DNA from: an uncultured virus (IMG/VR IMGVR_UViG_3300005265_000028)
Taxonomy: Duplodnaviria > Heunggongvirae > Uroviricota > Caudoviricetes
Virus record (IMG/VR): IMGVR_UViG_3300005265_000028
Strand: one strand, 5' to 3'
DNA: 64,000 nt
Shown here: in pieces, positions 59,615-64,000 of the stretch
How the letters are laid out: the number at the start of each line of letters is the position of its first letter
Position numbering within the stretch: the first letter of the stretch is position 1
Translations under genes and position numbers: made by a program
The notes under the pieces: generated by a model
Seen by the model: the letters and a program-made list of their open reading frames with translations, nothing else
The model's database searches: none
Told to the model about the DNA's origin: nothing

Positions 59615-60595
59615 TTATTTAATTAATACATGTAAATACTCAGCAACTGAAGATGTTCTTTTATCGCTATGGCTGTTGAAACGTCTTTTGACATACGTGT
59701 AACGATCATATACGCCGTGTTTGGAGAACATCTTCTTTATCTCATTTAATGATAGAATCCCTTCGTCGTTATATGACATGAACACATATCTGCATTTCAA
59801 TCGTTTCAATAATTCGTTCAAATAACGTGCTGCGTTGCTCTTATAACACAGCTGCGAACGAATATAATTATCAGAACTGTAGTCTTGATATCTTGTGCTG
59901 CAACATTTCGCAATAGTATTCAATACTCTGTACATAGAACCGTATTGTCTACGATTATACGGCGGGTCTATATACACGATATCAGCTGAAACGAATTTGG
60001 TTAACTCGAGAGCATCTAGCCTGTATACCTTACCATTCGTTACATGCGATAACGGTAACGCTGGCAGAAACTCTATGGGCTTAACAGCGCTGCTCTTGAA
60101 TTGCTTGAGGTACGATTCATAGTTACAAGCTACATTAGCGACCCTATCAGCTGACTCTAATATAGATGCTACCACGAAATAATATAACCTATGACCTTCG
60201 TATCTGCGCGCATAGACGCAAGCTGCATCGAGCTTCATTGCGTTATGCTCTGTGTAATACATCTTACCGCCAAGCGGACTATACGTATTAGTTATATAGC
60301 CACGTAACGGTTTCAGGTTATTCAGCTGATTAATGATATCAACACACTCCTGTTGCGTATCAGCATCTAATGATAAGCCTATGTAGTTATTCGCTAACAC
60401 GTATGAGAACAACTCGATATCATTAGCTATAACACCATTGCATTCGTACATACGTTGTGCTACAACAGTAGTGCCTGCCATTATGTCAAGGAAACTATGG
60501 TTCTCTAACTTGCCATCGATAGTCCTTATGATAGTGTTATATATGAACTCCAGAACGCTTAGCTTAGAGCCAATAAAATTTAATACTTTCTTCAT
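59615..60595 (-). CDS. N6-adenine DNA methyltransferase (M.NlaIII/M.HpyI-like)
   Basis: NFIGSK, DIMAGT, ANDIE, ASILESADRVAN, YIDPPYNRRQYG, MSYNDEG; ATGA overlap with dut. Confidence 0.88.
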   Translation of the reverse strand: MKKVLNFIGSKLSVLEFIYNTIIRTIDGKLENHSFLDIMAGTTVVAQRMYECNGVIANDIELFSYVLANNYIGLSLDADTQQECVDIINQLNNLKPLRGYITNTYSPLGGKMYYTEHNAMKLDAACVYARRYEGHRLYYFVVASILESADRVANVACNYESYLKQFKSSAVKPIEFLPALPLSHVTNGKVYRLDALELTKFVSADIVYIDPPYNRRQYGSMYRVLNTIAKCCSTRYQDYSSDNYIRSQLCYKSNAARYLNELLKRLKCRYVFMSYNDEGILSLNEIKKMFSKHGVYDRYTYVKRRFNSHSDKRTSSVAEYLHVLIK

Positions 60596-61023
60596 CGTCC
60601 GGTTGAACCGTACCCACCTTTCTTTCTGGCTGTGCCGCCTAACTGTGTGGACAGCTTCCATTCCACATCCTCTACCTTACAGAACACAGCTTGCGCTATT
60701 CTATCATATTTGTTGACAACATATGGTTCAGCTGAAGTATTGAATAATATCACACCTAACTCACCACGGTACCCGGAGTCTACTGTGCCAGGTGAATTGA
60801 GCACTATGATACCATGTTTTAATGCTAAACCAGAACGTGAACGTATCTGCATCTCATAACCAACCGGTATCTCGATGGAAAACCCAAGTTTGAATAGAGA
60901 TATTTCTCCTGGCTTCAAAGCTTTTGTATCTAACGAATACAAATCGTAACCGCTATCATCGTGGTGTTGTTTCGTTGGCACCACAGCATCACTATTGAGT
61001 AACAAAAACTTTATTGTCAACAT
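60592..61023 (-). CDS. dut: Trimeric dUTPase
   Basis: SGYDL, RSRSGLA, GTVDSGYRGE, RIAQ, RKKGGYGSTG. Confidence 0.95.
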   Translation of the reverse strand: MLTIKFLLLNSDAVVPTKQHHDDSGYDLYSLDTKALKPGEISLFKLGFSIEIPVGYEMQIRSRSGLALKHGIIVLNSPGTVDSGYRGELGVILFNTSAEPYVVNKYDRIAQAVFCKVEDVEWKLSTQLGGTARKKGGYGSTGR

Positions 61024-61895
61024 ATAAGTTCACCAACTTTCTTTAGGAATAATTCTACAAGCGGATACAGGACCGTATCCGCTGCTGTATACGCGAGTTC
61101 TATATCATCATCTGGCAATACATAACTATCGTCGTAACCGTTTATACGAGCCACTTCACGCGGTGTAAGTGGCCTTATAGTACGTTCTGGAGTAAGAAAG
61201 TATTTGTAATGTTTATGTTGCGCTTGACCATACGAATGATATAGCGTATAGCGTTTCCCATTATTATAAACGAAACCAAGTTGTACTATACGTTTAGTTT
61301 TCCTGCGTAACGACAACTTGGTCTCAGAGAATAACATGATATCACGATGCAATATGTTATAACGCCATGTCAGAGCAGGATGCTGCAGGTAATCACATAC
61401 ATAGTTAACGGTCGTATACAGCTGTTGTGCTCCGAATATATTTATATGCTGATAACTCAAGTTATTCATTATCGCAATCAGGAACAGTTTGCGTTTCACC
61501 AACGGGTAACCGTAGTCGTTATTGCTGATGAATTTGTATTGCACGCAATAACCGTTCGACGCAAGGATACTGAGCAATACATCAAGCGGTCGACCACTCT
61601 GGTGTGTTACTACAGTAGTATCAGCTTCTATCAGTATCGCTGATGGTCTATGATGCCTTAAATAATTAGCAAGGATACTCTTCACTTTATTATCAGCTGA
61701 TATAGTCGGCTGTTGCCGTAACGATACTAGCATCACATCGTAATCATTGATGTGATAGTTATGTTTACAACGAGCGATACTGTAATACTTACAGAGGTTA
61801 TTGTTAAGTGTTGCGTGCACAATGGTATTGTTAGTCTTTTGTGCAGCATGTATGAAGCCTGGGGCATTCAGCACTACTAGTTTCATTATTTCCAT
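61017..61895 (-). CDS. C5-cytosine methyltransferase-like protein, apparently catalytically inactive
   Basis: Motif VI RPSAILIE, VIII DYGYPLVKRKLFLIA and IX RPLTPREVARINGYDDSY are recognisable; FxGxG and the catalytic PC are absent. Confidence 0.7.
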   Translation of the reverse strand: MEIMKLVVLNAPGFIHAAQKTNNTIVHATLNNNLCKYYSIARCKHNYHINDYDVMLVSLRQQPTISADNKVKSILANYLRHHRPSAILIEADTTVVTHQSGRPLDVLLSILASNGYCVQYKFISNNDYGYPLVKRKLFLIAIMNNLSYQHINIFGAQQLYTTVNYVCDYLQHPALTWRYNILHRDIMLFSETKLSLRRKTKRIVQLGFVYNNGKRYTLYHSYGQAQHKHYKYFLTPERTIRPLTPREVARINGYDDSYVLPDDDIELAYTAADTVLYPLVELFLKKVGELIC

Positions 61896-61955
61896 CCAAT
61901 CATAAGTATTGATATTATCGTCGCGATTATAAATATTATGAATACTAAATCGTTC

Positions 61956-62447
61956 TTATTCAAGCGATGCATCAACCGTGTCCTTTTTGAATAATATAAC
62001 TTTCTCGCCTGTAATATTATATATGTAATACTCGCTATTTATGTATTCGAATAACGCATCTAATGTTTCTGCATCTATTAGCAACTCAGACCCATAATTT
62101 ATTATCATACTCACTATATCTATACTATCAACATATGCTTCGTTCAGTAACTGTACCGTTACATTTATATTATAGTTATGCTTTATAAAATCTATTATGT
62201 CATCAACTATTAACGCGAAATCGTATGTATTACATTCCGCGTAATCGTTTATATTCTTTAACTTATCTATCAACTCAAATAACACTTCGTCTTTCTCGTA
62301 TTGCTCGCATACTGCGTAATAACTATAACATTGTTTGTTATATAATTCGCATACCTCCGTTTGGATACTGTAATGTTTGCAATATATACAATACATCTTT
62401 TCCATTTCATAACACTTCCGAATCGTTTTATATAATAAATAGCTCAA
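61956..62447 (-). CDS. Hypothetical protein with Cys-rich N-terminus
   Basis: CIYCKHY....C.......C. Confidence 0.5.
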   Translation of the reverse strand: MSYLLYKTIRKCYEMEKMYCIYCKHYSIQTEVCELYNKQCYSYYAVCEQYEKDEVLFELIDKLKNINDYAECNTYDFALIVDDIIDFIKHNYNINVTVQLLNEAYVDSIDIVSMIINYGSELLIDAETLDALFEYINSEYYIYNITGEKVILFKKDTVDASLE

Positions 62448-62765
62448 TCATAATCTCTTGATCACCATACTACGTGATACACATATATCATACATAGCAT
62501 TCTTCATCACTTCGTAATGCTCTAACGATAAGAGTATAACACAAACCTCATCAGCTGAACATATGTTGAGTCTTCTGAAACCATACACATATAACACATC
62601 TTTCATAGCAGCCTTAAGATGTTCATACATATCTCTCTTTAACACATAACAATACGGATTATTATGATACAGCGGCATATTGCATTTGCTATGTATCAAT
62701 AGCTCATGTCTTATGCCAGCTGTATCATGTATTACCAATCTATTGTTTTCGACGTACATATTCAA
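62448..62765 (-). CDS. Hypothetical protein
   Basis: 105-aa tiled ORF. Confidence 0.45.
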   Translation of the reverse strand: MNMYVENNRLVIHDTAGIRHELLIHSKCNMPLYHNNPYCYVLKRDMYEHLKAAMKDVLYVYGFRRLNICSADEVCVILLSLEHYEVMKNAMYDICVSRSMVIKRL

Positions 62766-63327
62766 CCAACTCTGCGTTTATCCGTTCTGCTACAACCGGA
62801 TAATCTTCTGTCGCATCGAACACCAGCCATTTGCTGCGTGTATCAGAACTGGCTAACGCATCATATCTGTCAGATACACGTTGCAAGAACTCAGCTGAAA
62901 GGTTGTCATACTTGTTCTTTACGACTCTGCGTTTGATCGCAACTTCGACCGGTACTCTGAGATATATAACAATATCTGGCACAGCGACATCTATTAGTTC
63001 ATGCAGTTTATTAACAATAGTTTGTTGCTCTTCATCAACACATTGATACGAAATAGTTGAATACATAGACCTGTCTGATACTACTATCATATTCCTTTTC
63101 AATGCGTTCTTGACTCTACGCATGAGGATGCTGCGTGATACGATGAACAACAATATCTGTTCCATATTAGTCAGCTCAAGTTCATACAGATTCTTGTATA
63201 TCCCGTATTCATCGAACGGTTCACGCACAACATCCAATGGTAATCTCAGCCAGTTCAGGAAACCACATAGTCTTTCCATACATGTTGTTTTGCCCGCTCC
63301 GTCTATCCCTTCAAACGCTATATACAC
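62740..63327 (-). CDS. tmk: Thymidylate kinase
   Basis: YIAFEGIDGAGKTT, REP, VSDRS..STISYQ, PDIVIYL; GTG start after AGGAG. Confidence 0.9.
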   Translation of the reverse strand: MYIAFEGIDGAGKTTCMERLCGFLNWLRLPLDVVREPFDEYGIYKNLYELELTNMEQILLFIVSRSILMRRVKNALKRNMIVVSDRSMYSTISYQCVDEEQQTIVNKLHELIDVAVPDIVIYLRVPVEVAIKRRVVKNKYDNLSAEFLQRVSDRYDALASSDTRSKWLVFDATEDYPVVAERINAELVEYVRRKQ

Positions 63328-63763
63328 AATACACCAACTCCTTTGTTTTATATTCATAGTTCTTATCAAATATATCTTTATGCAGAAGCACTTGGTGTTC
63401 GTCTTGATACAAAATCTTGTTACTATTGATACACGATGTATCTAATTCGATTCGTATAATCAAAATGTTAGAATAACCATCGAGATTATGTTTCGCATAA
63501 TCTATCAGCTGAAATAATTCCTGTATCAAACATTTGAACCTGACCAAACTTCTCTTACGGAAGAAAGCGCGACTATCGAATAGAACTGGACATGCCTGAT
63601 AATCCGGTTCAGGTAGGTGATAAGAGAGACAGAAGATTCTGTTTAGCTTTTCGTTGGTAACAGAATCTTCTGTCAGATTATTGAAAATAAAAGCGAATAT
63701 CCCTAACTGTTTATCTTGCTCCAGTTTCACTTCAAACCTTACGAGCTCTTCCACGAGTATCAC
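63311..63763 (-). CDS. Hypothetical protein
   Basis: 150-aa tiled ORF. Confidence 0.45.
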   Translation of the reverse strand: MILVEELVRFEVKLEQDKQLGIFAFIFNNLTEDSVTNEKLNRIFCLSYHLPEPDYQACPVLFDSRAFFRKRSLVRFKCLIQELFQLIDYAKHNLDGYSNILIIRIELDTSCINSNKILYQDEHQVLLHKDIFDKNYEYKTKELVYCVYSV

Positions 63764-63766
63764 TCT

Positions 63767-64000
63767 CTATAACAAACTTCTGAATATCGTTATCATCACA
63801 ATTCTGCCATCTCGTTCGACAGCTACCATTATGCCTTTAGACCGCCATTCAACAACATAACCGTCTGAACATTGGGTGAATTCGTAATCATCACCGAACT
63901 CGTCCAGGAACCCGGATATATCACTACCGATAGTATTGCCGTTAGGGGTTCTGTATAACGAAGACTCTATAGTTATCGTGGTGATGAACTTCGAGTTGTC
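63767..64000 (-). CDS. Partial hypothetical protein (3' end only)
   Basis: Frame is open from the window end: ...LYRTPNGNTIGSDISGFLDEFG...MITIFRSLL*. Confidence 0.45.
   Translation of the reverse strand, partial: DNSKFITTITIESSLYRTPNGNTIGSDISGFLDEFGDDYEFTQCSDGYVVEWRSKGIMVAVERDGRIVMITIFRSLL

Noticed and set aside
59615..60595. The m6A MTase as the cause of CAGCTG enrichment
   Set aside because: By recall it most resembles the CATG-specific M.NlaIII/M.HpyI family, so nothing links it to CAGCTG; its specificity is unverified.
111..63860. Antisense and nested ORFs in the track (e.g. 4212-4994 -, 11604-12209 -, 48973-49560 +)
   Set aside because: Shadows of well-supported genes with no recognisable motifs.
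1..64000. Alternative genetic code (stop reassignment)
   Set aside because: ORFs tile densely under the standard code, and TAA, TAG and TGA all end well-supported genes.
1..64000. tRNA/rRNA genes
   Set aside because: Intergenic gaps are short and AT-rich, and no cloverleaf was recognised by eye; tRNAscan was not run.

Overview
A 64-kb segment of a large tailed-phage genome, read in the standard code with tightly tiled ORFs and AGGAGG-type RBSs. It has two convergent blocks meeting tail-to-tail at 39164/39165. The + strand block (1-39164) is mostly a virion module: a giant 5'-truncated protein, a 2507-aa hub-like protein with an NlpC/P60 domain, wedge and J-like proteins, fibres and a paralogous structural family. 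It ends with nucleases and a sigma-like gene. The - strand block (39165-64000) is a replication/recombination/nucleotide module: RecA, SF2 and UvrD helicases, Holliday junction resolvase, class II RNR with a mini-intein, Rad52-like annealer, split DnaE, primase, two UDGs, SSB, dNK, dUTPase, TMK, an m6A MTase and a degenerate C5-MTase. Main observations: (1) the first giant virion-module ORF carries beta then beta-prime RNA polymerase motifs in one chain, with a DFDSD active-site variant and a tape-measure-like C-terminus, so it is a candidate virion-packaged fused RNAP; (2) the palindrome CAGCTG, often (TA)TCAGCTGA(TA), is strongly over-represented across the window; (3) DnaE is split into overlapping frames and lacks the conserved KSHxxAY segment; (4) several intact ORFs look like catalytically dead enzyme copies. 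All calls are by-eye motif recognition; no searches were run.
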